Source: Spirulina sp. CCY15215 (GTDB lineage: Bacteria > Cyanobacteriota > Cyanobacteriia > Cyanobacteriales > Spirulinaceae). Taken from it: a stretch of 64,000 nucleotides of DNA. Position numbers and translations under genes: made by a program. Positions 46,536 through 55,787 of this stretch are shown here, piece by piece. Each line of letters opens with the position of its first letter. Position 1 is the first letter of the stretch. The notes beneath the pieces are model-generated. The model did not search any database, had not been told where the DNA came from, and saw only the letters and a program-made list of their open reading frames with translations. The DNA is taken from positions 37,917 through 101,916 of the forward strand of contig NZ_JACSWA010000582.1 in the NCBI RefSeq assembly GCF_016888125.1, written 5' to 3'.

Positions 46536-48071
46536 TTACATTGTTTTCAGTGAAGATAAATCTAAGGATTCAAAAGGAGGAAAAAACTCCAACAGTTGAG
46601 TCACAATCTTTTGCACCCCACCCGATACATTAGACTCAATATTCAAAGGAATAACCGGATCGTGAAGGGATAATCGCAACAAAAACCAGCCATTTTCTTC
46701 AGCAGATTGACAAGAAACTCGCACCCCTTCGTAATTATTAGGAACAATCTGCCAACCTTCTCGCGTTGCTGCAAATTCTTGCAATTTTTCAATGACTGTA
46801 TTCCCGTAAGATTTAAAATCTTCTACCTCAATTTTTAGACGAAATTCCTTGCTTTCTTTGGGTTCTTGTAAGTTAGCAATTAAATCCGATAAATATTTCC
46901 CTTCTAATTTAGATTTTGCCAACTCAATCAACAATTTAGTCACTAAGTAAGCCCCATCATCGAGAAAATGATTTTCTTTCATCGCCCCGTGACCCGAAGT
47001 TTCAATCGCTAACCAAGATTCTTCTCCTTCTTGATTTAAACGGATAGACTCATTGATAACATTCTTATAACCCCGTTTAAAACGATGATGTTTTCCTTTC
47101 AATTCTGACTCAATAAACTGCGTCAAGCCATCAGAAGTAATTGAATCAGTAACAATCGTCGAACCCGGTTTTTCTTGTAAAACAATAGCAGAAATAAGAG
47201 CAATTAAACGATTGCGATTGAGTTCTGTTCCTTCGCTATCCACCGCAGCCCCGCGATCGACATCCGTATCGAAAATAATACCAAAATCTGCTTTATTTTG
47301 CAAAACTGCTTGACAAATTGCCGCCATTGCTTCCTCATTTTCGGGGTTAGGAATATGATTGGGAAATGTGCCATCGGGTTCAAGAAACTGACTTCCTGTA
47401 GTATCTGCACCCAAAGGTTTGAGAACGCGATCGCAATAAAATCCCCCTGCACCATTCCCCGCATCAAGAACAATTTTTAAACCCTTTAAAGGTTGCTGAA
47501 AATGTTCGGGATGATTCACACCATCGCGCACTTTTTTAACTAAACCTGCCGCATAAACTGAGATAAAATCGTATTTAGAAATTGTTCCTATTGAAGCCGC
47601 ATTGACAAAATTATTGTTTGCTGCTAAAGCTAAAATATCGCTAATATCTTTTTTATCTAAACCACCGCGATCGGTAAAAAACTTTAAACCATTGCGATTA
47701 AAAGGGAGATGACTTGCTGTGAGCATAATTGCCCCATCGCAGTTTAATTCTGGCGCGATCGTACTCATAAACATAGCTGGAGTCGAAGCGATTCCAAAAT
47801 CATAAACATGACACCCTAATTCGCTCATTCCTGTCATTACAGCCTGCATTAAATCTGGTCCCGATATGCGGCTATCGCGTCCCACAGAAATTGTTAACTC
47901 ATTCGCTTGTTTGCCCAGTTTTTGTGTTAGCCAAGTTGCAAAAGCCTTCCCTAAACGACTAATAATTTCAGGCGTTAAATTTACTGCTTCATCGGGTACC
48001 CCTTCGAGGGCAACTCCACGAATATCTGAACCATTTTGGAGCTTTTTCCAGTCAAAATTTTGCATAGTCAT
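46536..48071 (-). CDS. alpha-D-phosphohexomutase family protein (phosphomannomutase/phosphoglucomutase)
   Basis: Active-site loop TASHLPFNRNG (variant of TASHNP), metal-binding DTDVDRG, and sugar and phosphate-binding domains. 511 aa. Confidence 0.75.
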   Translation of the reverse strand: MTMQNFDWKKLQNGSDIRGVALEGVPDEAVNLTPEIISRLGKAFATWLTQKLGKQANELTISVGRDSRISGPDLMQAVMTGMSELGCHVYDFGIASTPAMFMSTIAPELNCDGAIMLTASHLPFNRNGLKFFTDRGGLDKKDISDILALAANNNFVNAASIGTISKYDFISVYAAGLVKKVRDGVNHPEHFQQPLKGLKIVLDAGNGAGGFYCDRVLKPLGADTTGSQFLEPDGTFPNHIPNPENEEAMAAICQAVLQNKADFGIIFDTDVDRGAAVDSEGTELNRNRLIALISAIVLQEKPGSTIVTDSITSDGLTQFIESELKGKHHRFKRGYKNVINESIRLNQEGEESWLAIETSGHGAMKENHFLDDGAYLVTKLLIELAKSKLEGKYLSDLIANLQEPKESKEFRLKIEVEDFKSYGNTVIEKLQEFAATREGWQIVPNNYEGVRVSCQSAEENGWFLLRLSLHDPVIPLNIESNVSGGVQKIVTQLLEFFPPFESLDLSSLKTM

Positions 48072-48265
48072 TTACGATCGCGGCTGAAATTTCTGTGATC
48101 TGGGCATGACGACCAAAAGACGCAAACCCATATTAATCAACATATAGCGATCGCCCTCAAATTGTAATTACAGAAATCTAAAGAAAATCATATTTTTTGG
48201 CGATCGCGTCCCCCAAATCCCCGATACTAAACTTCCAGAGAGAATTCTAATGGGGAAACTGTGCC

Positions 48266-49678
48266 ATGACCGAAATTTTGATTAAAGGAGGAAGAATTGT
48301 CACGGCTGTCGATGACTATATCGGCGATATTTTCGTAAAAAATGGCAAAATTGAAACCATTGGTAGACAATTAGACATTCCCGATGCCCAACAATATAAC
48401 GCCTCGGGCTTGCTGGTATTTCCTGGAGGAATTGACGTTCATACCCACATGGAAGCGATGCAAGGGATTGCAAGAAACAGCGATACCTACGCAACCGGAA
48501 CGATCGCCGCAGCCTTTGGAGGAACCACCACCATTCTCGATTTTGCCTATCAAAATAAAGGAGAAAGTGCCAAGAAAACCCTCGACGATCGCCTTGCTTT
48601 AGCGGAACCTCAAGTGTGTATTGATTTTGGTTTTCACCTCATTTTAACTGACGTAAATAAAGACGTTTTAACAGAACTTCCCAGTCTCATTGAAGCCGAT
48701 GGAGTGTCCAGTTTTAAAATGTTTATGGCATATCCAGAAATTTTGATGGTAGATGATGCAGCAATTTTTCGGACAATGCGAAAAGTCGGCGATCGCGGCG
48801 GAATGGTCAATCTTCATGCAGAAAACGGATCGGTGATTCAAGTATTAATTGAAGAGGCACTAGAACAAGGTAACACATCTCCCCAATATCACGCCCTCAC
48901 CCGTCCTCGCTTAATGGAAGCAGAAGCCACCCATCGGGCAATTCGCCTCGCAGAATTAGCAGAAGTTCCCGTTTATATTGTCCATTTATCTGCCCCAGAA
49001 GCCCTAGAAAACGTCGTTGAAGCACGCGATCGCGGCATTCCTGCCTTTGCTGAAACCTGTCCTCATTACCTATTTTTGGATAATAAAGAATACGATCGCC
49101 CGGATTTTGAAGCGGCAAAATACGTCATGACTCCGCCATTAAGAGAGCATCATTGTCAACACCATCTCTGGCGAGGATTGCGCTTTGATGACCTGCAAAT
49201 TGTAGCAACAGATCACTGTCCTTTTTGTTTTAATGAACAGCCATTAGGGATTAATTATTCCAAACAACTCGGACAAGATAATTTTGCTAAAATTCCCAAC
49301 GGCGCACCAGGAGTAGAATTGCGTTTGGTGTTATTATTTGATGGGGGAGTGAGAACGGGTAAAATTAATCTCAATCGCTTTGTACAGCTTGTTTCTACCG
49401 CCCCTGCAAAGATGTTTGGACTTTTCCCCCAAAAAGGCACGATCGCCCCTGGAAGTGATGCAGATTTAGTTCTCTTCGATCCCGATAAAAAGCAAACAAT
49501 TAGCGCGAAAACTCATCATTCTCGCGTTGATTATAGTCTGTTTGAAGGGCGAGAAGTAACGGGGAAAGTAGAGAAAGTATTTCTGCGAGGAGAATTAATT
49601 GTGGATGGCGATCGCTGGTTGGGAGAAGCAGGAAAAGGAAAATATTTAAAGCGATCGGCTTCAGGAAGAATGCTTTAA
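48266..49678 (+). CDS. dihydropyrimidinase / D-hydantoinase (cyclic amidohydrolase)
   Basis: GGIDVHTHM metal-binding HxH, the carbamylated-Lys region (SSFKMFMAY) and HAE/HLS/DHCPF motifs. 470 aa. Confidence 0.85.
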   Translation: MTEILIKGGRIVTAVDDYIGDIFVKNGKIETIGRQLDIPDAQQYNASGLLVFPGGIDVHTHMEAMQGIARNSDTYATGTIAAAFGGTTTILDFAYQNKGESAKKTLDDRLALAEPQVCIDFGFHLILTDVNKDVLTELPSLIEADGVSSFKMFMAYPEILMVDDAAIFRTMRKVGDRGGMVNLHAENGSVIQVLIEEALEQGNTSPQYHALTRPRLMEAEATHRAIRLAELAEVPVYIVHLSAPEALENVVEARDRGIPAFAETCPHYLFLDNKEYDRPDFEAAKYVMTPPLREHHCQHHLWRGLRFDDLQIVATDHCPFCFNEQPLGINYSKQLGQDNFAKIPNGAPGVELRLVLLFDGGVRTGKINLNRFVQLVSTAPAKMFGLFPQKGTIAPGSDADLVLFDPDKKQTISAKTHHSRVDYSLFEGREVTGKVEKVFLRGELIVDGDRWLGEAGKGKYLKRSASGRML

Positions 49679-49698
49679 ATTAAGCTAAAATAGCAATA

Positions 49699-49971
49699 AT
49701 GAAGTTTTGGAGAGATAGAACTATGCGATCGGTTGATGAAATTCTCAATGAGGTTCTTGCTTTACCGAATGCTTCAAGGGTGCTTTTAGCAAAGAAGTTA
49801 GTAGAAAGTCTAGATCTTAATGAAGGTGAAATGAATGTTAATGAAACAATTCAAAGATTCTGGATAACAGAAGCAAAAAAACGCCGAGATGAAATCCGAA
49901 ACGGTTCGGTAAAACCAATTCTAGGAGAGGAAGCACTCGCCCGAGTTAGACAACAACTTTTAGAGTCATGA
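49699..49971 (+). CDS. putative addiction-module antitoxin (partner of ParE/RelE-type toxin)
   Basis: Small acidic helical protein. It overlaps the downstream toxin ORF by 4 nt (ATGA) and resembles 'putative addiction module component' proteins (MRSVDEILNEVLALP.). Confidence 0.5.
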   Translation: MKFWRDRTMRSVDEILNEVLALPNASRVLLAKKLVESLDLNEGEMNVNETIQRFWITEAKKRRDEIRNGSVKPILGEEALARVRQQLLES

Positions 49972-50268
49972 AATATGTTTTTCATCCAGCAGCATTAATT
50001 GAATATTCTCAGGCTGTTGAGTTTTATGCAGAACATAACAGGGAAGTTGCTCAAGAGTTTATTAATTCTGTAGAAAATACTATTTTTCAAGTTATCAAAT
50101 TTCCTCTGCGTTGGCCTATAGTGGAGGAATATGTTCGTCGCTGCTTAACGCTTAACTCGAAAATTTCCCTATGGTATTTTATACACAATTGAGGAGGATT
50201 ATATTCTGGTTGTAGCTGTCATGCACGGCAATCGGAAACCGGGATATTGGCAAGAACGAATTACTTAG
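49968..50268 (+). pseudogene. ParE/RelE-family type II toxin, frameshifted
   Basis: Frame 1 gives MKYVFHPAALIEYSQAVEFY...RRCLTLNSK then stops at 50192. After a 1-nt shift at the A-run near 50160-50165 the sequence reads FPYGILYTIEEDYILVVAVMHGNRKPGYWQERIT*, the canonical RelE/ParE C-terminus. Confidence 0.6.
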
Positions 50269-50340
50269 GTGGCGATCGCTGGTTAGGAGAAGCAAGAAAA
50301 GGGAAATATTTAAAGCGATCGGCTTCGGGAAGAATTCTTT
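50269..50340 (+). repeat. duplicate of the 3' end of the dihydropyrimidinase gene (direct repeat of 49609-49680)
   Basis: GGCGATCGCTGGTTAGGAGAAGCAAGAAAAGGGAAATATTTAAAGCGATCGGCTTCGGGAAGAATTCTTTAA differs at only a few positions from the hydA 3' end GGCGATCGCTGGTTGGGAGAAGCAGGAAAAGGAAAATATTTAAAGCGATCGGCTTCAGGAAGAATGCTTTAA. Confidence 0.8.
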
Positions 50341-50441
50341 AAAAAAGAAGAGCAATATTGTATATTGTTTGTAACTTTCGACACAATATTATATTCAACC
50401 AAACAGAGAAAATAAGCACAAGTCACCGATATTTCGAGTCG

Positions 50442-51116
50442 ATGCAAATTCTCCTCGTTGAAGACGATCTGCAACTCTCAGAATCTTTAGCCGAAGCACT
50501 ATCGACTAAAAGCGATCGCGTTGATATTGCCACGGATGGCGAAATGGCTTGGCAGTTTTTAAAAACCTTGGCCTACGATTTGCTATTACTTGATGTTACT
50601 TTACCGAAACTCGATGGGATTCGCTTGTGTCGGCAATTGCGATCGCAAGGTCATACTCTGCCTATTCTCATGTTAACGGCACGAGATACGACTAATGATA
50701 AGATTTTGGGGCTAGATGCAGGGGCAGATGTTTATATGGTAAAACCCTTCGATCTGGGGGAATTATTAGCGCAAATTCGCGCTTTAATCCGTCGAGGACA
50801 AGTTGCACCCACTCCTGTGCTGCGTTGGGAAAATTTAAGTTTAAACCCCAGTACTTATGAGGTAATTTATCGCGATCGCCTCCTACGTTTAACCCCAAAA
50901 GAATTTGCTATTTTAGAATTATTATTGCGTCATGGAAAACAAGTTTTAAATCGCTATTTTATGATCGAATCTCTTTGGTCATTAGAAAATTCACCTGGCG
51001 AAGAAACAGTGAAAGTTCATATCAAGAGTTTGCGAAAAAAATTACGCGATGCAGGTGCGGCTAAAGATTGGATTCAAACCGTACATGGATTGGGATATCG
51101 TCTTAAATCAGATTAG
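50442..51116 (+). CDS. OmpR-family two-component response regulator
   Basis: Receiver domain (LLVEDD...D...LMLTARD...K) plus a winged-helix trans_reg_C (LTPKEFAILELLLRH...GYRL). Confidence 0.85.
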   Translation: MQILLVEDDLQLSESLAEALSTKSDRVDIATDGEMAWQFLKTLAYDLLLLDVTLPKLDGIRLCRQLRSQGHTLPILMLTARDTTNDKILGLDAGADVYMVKPFDLGELLAQIRALIRRGQVAPTPVLRWENLSLNPSTYEVIYRDRLLRLTPKEFAILELLLRHGKQVLNRYFMIESLWSLENSPGEETVKVHIKSLRKKLRDAGAAKDWIQTVHGLGYRLKSD

Positions 51117-51208
51117 AAACTACTTGATAAATAGAAACTCATTGAGCTACCCTATATACGAATGCAGCAGACATACCTTGTGTATAAAATCTTTAAAAGG
51201 AGGCGTAA

Positions 51209-51784
51209 TTGCAAACACTTACATATTATGTTGCTTGCAGCATTGATGGATTTATTGCTCACACTGACGGTTCACATAATGGCTTTTCTCAAGATAGCGA
51301 ATATCTTGCAGATATATGTGCCTCTTTTCCTGAGACTATTCCATCTCACTGGCGCACTTCAATGGGTGTTCGGGGTGATAACAAGTGTTTTGATGTTGTT
51401 CTCATGGGACGAAAAACCTATGAAGTCGGTTTGAAAGAAGGTATTACAAGCCCTTATTCGCACATGAAACAATATCTTTTTTCACGCAGTATAAGAGAAA
51501 GTCCCGATAACAATGTTGAACTTGTTTCAGCAAATGCCGTTGAATTAGTTAAATCCCTAAAAAGTGAGTCAGGTAAGGGGATTTGGCTTTGTGGCGGCGC
51601 AAATTTAGCTACTACGCTTTTTGCCAACCATTTAGTCGATCGACTAATTCTTAAAATAAACCCATTTTTGATGGGTTCAGGCATTCCACTTTTTTCTGGA
51701 GAGATTCATCAAACTGCTTTAAAGTTGACTGACCACAAGATATATGAAAATGGAGTTTTGTTACTTTATTACAGGGTAGGGTGA
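51209..51784 (+). CDS. dihydrofolate reductase family protein (RibD C-terminal domain-like)
   Basis: YYVACSIDGFIA and LCGGANLATTLFANHLVDRLILKINPFLMGSGIPLF are typical of the RibD_C/DHFR-like reductase family. Confidence 0.7.
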   Translation: MQTLTYYVACSIDGFIAHTDGSHNGFSQDSEYLADICASFPETIPSHWRTSMGVRGDNKCFDVVLMGRKTYEVGLKEGITSPYSHMKQYLFSRSIRESPDNNVELVSANAVELVKSLKSESGKGIWLCGGANLATTLFANHLVDRLILKINPFLMGSGIPLFSGEIHQTALKLTDHKIYENGVLLLYYRVG

Positions 51785-51797
51785 ATGTAATCTCATG

Positions 51798-51833
51798 CTT
51801 ATAATTGTAACACAGATGCGTTACAATTATAAG
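51798..51833. promoter_or_regulatory. perfect 14-bp inverted repeat (CTTATAATTGTAAC-N8-GTTACAATTATAAG)
   Basis: Directly visible 14 bp after the stop of the DHFR-family gene. It could be a terminator hairpin or an operator. Confidence 0.4.
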
Positions 51834-51871
51834 TTAACTTTCACTCAGAGAAATTATCATGAGAAATTATC

Positions 51872-52015
51872 ATGAGCAACTATCCAAGAAACTTCTCGCA
51901 TATTGGAATCTCTGTACCAGATGTAGAAAAGGCCGTGGAGTTTTATAGTATAGCAAGTCGATTTGATTGGCAACAGGCCATCGCCAAAAAAACTACTCAG
52001 CAAGGGGAAGTTTAA
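51872..52015 (+). pseudogene. VOC/glyoxalase-family gene fragment (N-terminal about 27 aa only)
   Basis: MSNYPRNFSHIGISVPDVEKAVEFY matches the start of VOC-family proteins. The reading frame then diverges and ends after 47 codons, overlapping the 3' end of the convergent histidine kinase. Confidence 0.3.
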
Positions 52016-53726
52016 CTATAAAAATTGTTCCTCCTTCTTGATGAGAAGCGATCGCAATTGTCCCTCCATGCAACTCAACGCAAGTTTTAACCACCGATAA
52101 ACCTAACCCCGTCCCAATAATATTACCAACATTATTGGCGCGATAAAAGGGTTCGTAAATCTTTTCTAGTGCTTCCTCGGGAATACCAATTCCGCGATCG
52201 CAAACTTTAAATTCCAACCCTTGAGAGTTTCCCGATACTTCTAAATGCACTAAACTATCGGACGGTGAGTATTTTAAAGCATTTCCGAGCAGATTTGTCA
52301 AGATAGAACGAATGAGTTTGCGATCGAGGTAAACTTGGCGATCGGGATAACAATTCTCAATCTGAATTCTGGCTTTTTCTATATTTTCGGGTTCTACTTC
52401 ATCAATAATTTGCCCGCATAATTGCTCTAAAATTAAAATTTCTGGTGTAAATTCTAAATTTCCTGATTCTGCTCTAGCTAAGGTTAAAATATCATTTAAA
52501 AGTTGTGTCATGCGTTTAGTAACGCTTTGAATACGATAGTAGATTTTCAATCGTTTCGCTTCTGAGAAATCTTGCTGATTATCAATTAAAGATTGAGCAG
52601 AGATTAAAATTGTGCTTAATGGCGTGCGAAACTCGTGAGAAGTGGTAGAAAAAAACTGCATTTTTAGATTACTCATTTCCCGAGTTTGTTGTATTTTGAC
52701 TTGCCATTTCCATAAATAAAAAGCGATAATAATTGTTAAAAGCCAACCAATGATTAAAGTTGATAACATTCCCCATCGTAATGAAAACAAATAGTTTTCA
52801 GATGGATAAAACTCCATTAACCATTCTCGCTGACCGATACTTAAAGAACGAATACAAAAAGGAGATTTAGAACATAAAAAATGAGATTCTTTTAAAGCAT
52901 TCTTTATTTCAGATTCCCCGATCGCCTCTTGATTCACTGAATCATAAAAGCCCAAAAAATCTTCGCGATCGCGTAAAGAAAAATCAATGCGATCGTTCAA
53001 TCCTTGCAACGCTTCCTCGATAACATCACCAATGCGAAATACACCTAAAATAAAACCTTTAATATTATCGCCCCGACTGACAATTGTATCTTCAGGAAAT
53101 GGATAATAAATGGGCATAAAAACAAGAAAGCCATATTGATTGGTTGTTTCTTGCACCAATTTAATGCGCCTCGTGGCAACAATTTGACCCGTTTCTCTCG
53201 CTAATTGTAAGGCTTCGCGACGAGTGGAATTTGAAGCGAGATCGAACCCCAAAGCAGCCTCATTGTTTCTTAGCGGTTCAATATAAGTAACGGGGAAATA
53301 TTCGCTACGTTCTTTAGCTACACTCAAAGTATTATTTTCTGTTTCAAAGATCGCGAAATTATCACCCCAAATTTGCTGCATGGATTCTTCGTAAAGTAGG
53401 CGATCGCGATGTAAGATTAAAGGCGACCATTCTAAGGCTTGAATCCCAGGATAAGTCGAAATCGATCGCCGCACAAATAGAGAAAATTCGGCTTGAGAGA
53501 CCTCGTTTTCTGAAACCTGATAAAAGTCTCCAATCGAAAGAAGTACATCATTATAGCGATTTAACGTCCGTTGTAGTGCGATCGCGAGGTTTTCTGTCTG
53601 TCGCTGAAACTCCAACTGATGCGCGGATCGTTCCCATTCTCCCACAAACCAAGCCGCGATCGCCGATAAACTTACACCAATAGCAATCACCAATCCTAGA
53701 GGAAAATAATACCTAAATCGTGTCAT
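51993..53726 (-). CDS. sensor histidine kinase with periplasmic CHASE domain
   Basis: TM, CHASE-like sensor (GIQALEWSP...YFPVTYIEP), TM, HisKA (FFSTTSHEFRTPL) and HATPase_c (N/G-boxes). The likely start is the internal Met MTRFRYYF. Confidence 0.8.
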   Translation of the reverse strand: MTRFRYYFPLGLVIAIGVSLSAIAAWFVGEWERSAHQLEFQRQTENLAIALQRTLNRYNDVLLSIGDFYQVSENEVSQAEFSLFVRRSISTYPGIQALEWSPLILHRDRLLYEESMQQIWGDNFAIFETENNTLSVAKERSEYFPVTYIEPLRNNEAALGFDLASNSTRREALQLARETGQIVATRRIKLVQETTNQYGFLVFMPIYYPFPEDTIVSRGDNIKGFILGVFRIGDVIEEALQGLNDRIDFSLRDREDFLGFYDSVNQEAIGESEIKNALKESHFLCSKSPFCIRSLSIGQREWLMEFYPSENYLFSLRWGMLSTLIIGWLLTIIIAFYLWKWQVKIQQTREMSNLKMQFFSTTSHEFRTPLSTILISAQSLIDNQQDFSEAKRLKIYYRIQSVTKRMTQLLNDILTLARAESGNLEFTPEILILEQLCGQIIDEVEPENIEKARIQIENCYPDRQVYLDRKLIRSILTNLLGNALKYSPSDSLVHLEVSGNSQGLEFKVCDRGIGIPEEALEKIYEPFYRANNVGNIIGTGLGLSVVKTCVELHGGTIAIASHQEGGTIFIVKLPLAE

Positions 53727-53888
53727 TTTTCTTCTTCCCGATTTCTTTACGTTTTTCTCCCCATTTTCTTTACTTTCATCTGTTAGTCTACACCTCAACA
53801 AGTACAGCACAGAGATTTAACCTAAATCCCTAAAAAACTGTAGCTATTTTAACATTTTACTGGAAAACAGTTACCAATTTTACTGAAA

Positions 53889-55559
53889 ATGAAACGACGA
53901 GATTTATTCAAAACAGGAACGAGTTTTGCGGCTGGATTTGCTTTAGCAGGTGCATTGAAAGGTTGCGGTTCTCCTTCTGGTACAGAAAAGGCTGCAACTA
54001 CAGCATCAACTGGAGATGAAGAAGTTATTTTAACAGTGGTACAAGGGGGAGGATTTCCTAATAGTTTAGACCTTCATCGTCCTGGGACAAATCGCCCTGG
54101 TTATGGTTCATCTTGGAACTTATACGATCGCCTTATGACCTTCGATACAAAAACTCGTCCTGATGGCTCTCTTTCTTACGATTATACCCAATTAAAACCG
54201 GAATTAGCAGAAAGTTGGGAAACAGAAGAAGGAAAATCAATCACGTTTTCCTTGCGGAAAGATGCTATATTTCACGATGGGAAACCCGTGACAGCAAATG
54301 ATGTTAAATGGTCTTTCGATCGCGCTGTTTCCGTTGGCGGATTTCCCACTTTTCAGATGAAAGCAGGTGCATTAGAAAAGCCAGAACAATTTGTGGTTAT
54401 TGATGATTATACCTTCCAAGTTAAATTACTGCGTCCCGACAAACTTACCGCGATCGATTTAGCAGTTCCTATTCCTTTAATTATTAACTCTGAATTGGTC
54501 AAAGAACATATCACTGAGGACGATCCTTGGGGAATGGAATGGGTGAATAATAATGATGCGGGAGGAGGTGCATTTGAATTAGAATCTTTTGAACCAGGAA
54601 AAAAATTAGTTTTAACTCGCTTTGATGACTGGAAATCGGGTCCCTTACCCCAAATTGAAAAAGTAATTTTACTCGATGTTCCCGAAGCCGGAAACCGTCG
54701 CGCTTTATTAGAAAAAGGGGATGTTGATATTAACTTCAGTCTTTCCGAAAAAGATACAAAAGAACTCAAAGAAACCGAAAAATATGCGATCGTTTCAACT
54801 CCGATTGAAAATTGTCTCTACTCTGTCGATCTGAATACAAAAGAAGAATTAACAGGAAAACCTAATCCTTTTGCTGATGTCAAAGTCAGACAAGCTGTTG
54901 CTTATGCAATGCCATATCAAGCTATCTTTGATACAGCACTTTATGGGGAAGCTGTCAAACAATTTGATGCAAAATCAACAAAAGTTAATAGCACAGAATG
55001 GCCACAACCGAGTCCATATAAGACTGATATGGAACAAGCGAAAGCATCATTATCTCTCTCTAATTATCCCGATGGTTTTGAAACAACGTTGGCTTTTGAC
55101 TTAGGAACAAAAGAATGGGCAGAACCTTTATCTGTTCTTATTCAAGAATCTCTGGCTGAAATTGGCATCAAAGTGGCCTTAGAAAAAGTACCTAGCGCAA
55201 ATTTTCGTTCGGTTTTAGTCGAAAAAAGTCGCCCCATGATTATTAATAATTTTGGTGGTTGGTTGAACTATCCTGATTATTTCTTCTTCTATGCTTATCA
55301 CGGTCAAGATGCCACCTTTAACGGCAGTTCTTATCAGAATCCAGAAATGGATAAATTGATTGAAACCGCTTTAAAATCAGAACCTGGAAAAGAAGATTAT
55401 GAAAAATCTGTGCAAGAGTTTATTCAAATGGCATGGGATGAAGTTCCTCGCATTCCCATTGTTCAACCTTATCTCTCGATCGCCATGCAAAAAAATATCG
55501 AAGGTTATCAATATTGGTTCCATCGTCAATTAGATTTTCGACAGTTAAAGAAAGTTTAG
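53889..55559 (+). CDS. ABC transporter substrate-binding protein, family 5 (peptide/nickel)
   Basis: Tat-like RRDLFK signal, lipobox LKGC and SBP_bac_5 architecture. Confidence 0.85.
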   Translation: MKRRDLFKTGTSFAAGFALAGALKGCGSPSGTEKAATTASTGDEEVILTVVQGGGFPNSLDLHRPGTNRPGYGSSWNLYDRLMTFDTKTRPDGSLSYDYTQLKPELAESWETEEGKSITFSLRKDAIFHDGKPVTANDVKWSFDRAVSVGGFPTFQMKAGALEKPEQFVVIDDYTFQVKLLRPDKLTAIDLAVPIPLIINSELVKEHITEDDPWGMEWVNNNDAGGGAFELESFEPGKKLVLTRFDDWKSGPLPQIEKVILLDVPEAGNRRALLEKGDVDINFSLSEKDTKELKETEKYAIVSTPIENCLYSVDLNTKEELTGKPNPFADVKVRQAVAYAMPYQAIFDTALYGEAVKQFDAKSTKVNSTEWPQPSPYKTDMEQAKASLSLSNYPDGFETTLAFDLGTKEWAEPLSVLIQESLAEIGIKVALEKVPSANFRSVLVEKSRPMIINNFGGWLNYPDYFFFYAYHGQDATFNGSSYQNPEMDKLIETALKSEPGKEDYEKSVQEFIQMAWDEVPRIPIVQPYLSIAMQKNIEGYQYWFHRQLDFRQLKKV

Positions 55560-55584
55560 TTATCTAAGAGAAAATAGCGAATAA

Positions 55585-55777
55585 TTCTCTAATTCTCTAA
55601 CTTCCCCCTTTTTCTCTAACTTCCCTCTTTTTCTCTAACTTCTCCCTTTTTCTCTAACTTCTTCCTTTTTCTCTAACTTCCCTCTTTTTCTCTAACTTCC
55701 CTCTTTTTCTCTAACTTCCCTCTTTTTCTCTAACTTCCCCCTTTTTAAGGGGGACTGAGGGGGATCAAACCCTATAA
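55585..55777. repeat. 8 x about 20-bp tandem repeat (TCTCTAACTTCCCTCTTTTT) followed by C5/G5 palindromic small dispersed repeat
   Basis: Directly visible in the 228-bp spacer between the SBP and first permease gene. Its end matches the element at 9353-9402. Confidence 0.8.
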
Positions 55778-55787
55778 TATTCTCAAA

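Noticed and set aside
50358-50441. Extended N-terminus of the response regulator ORF (MYIVCNFRHN...)
   Set aside because: The receiver domain begins at MQILLVEDD. The upstream 28 codons are AT-rich leader-like sequence, so the internal start at 50442 was preferred.
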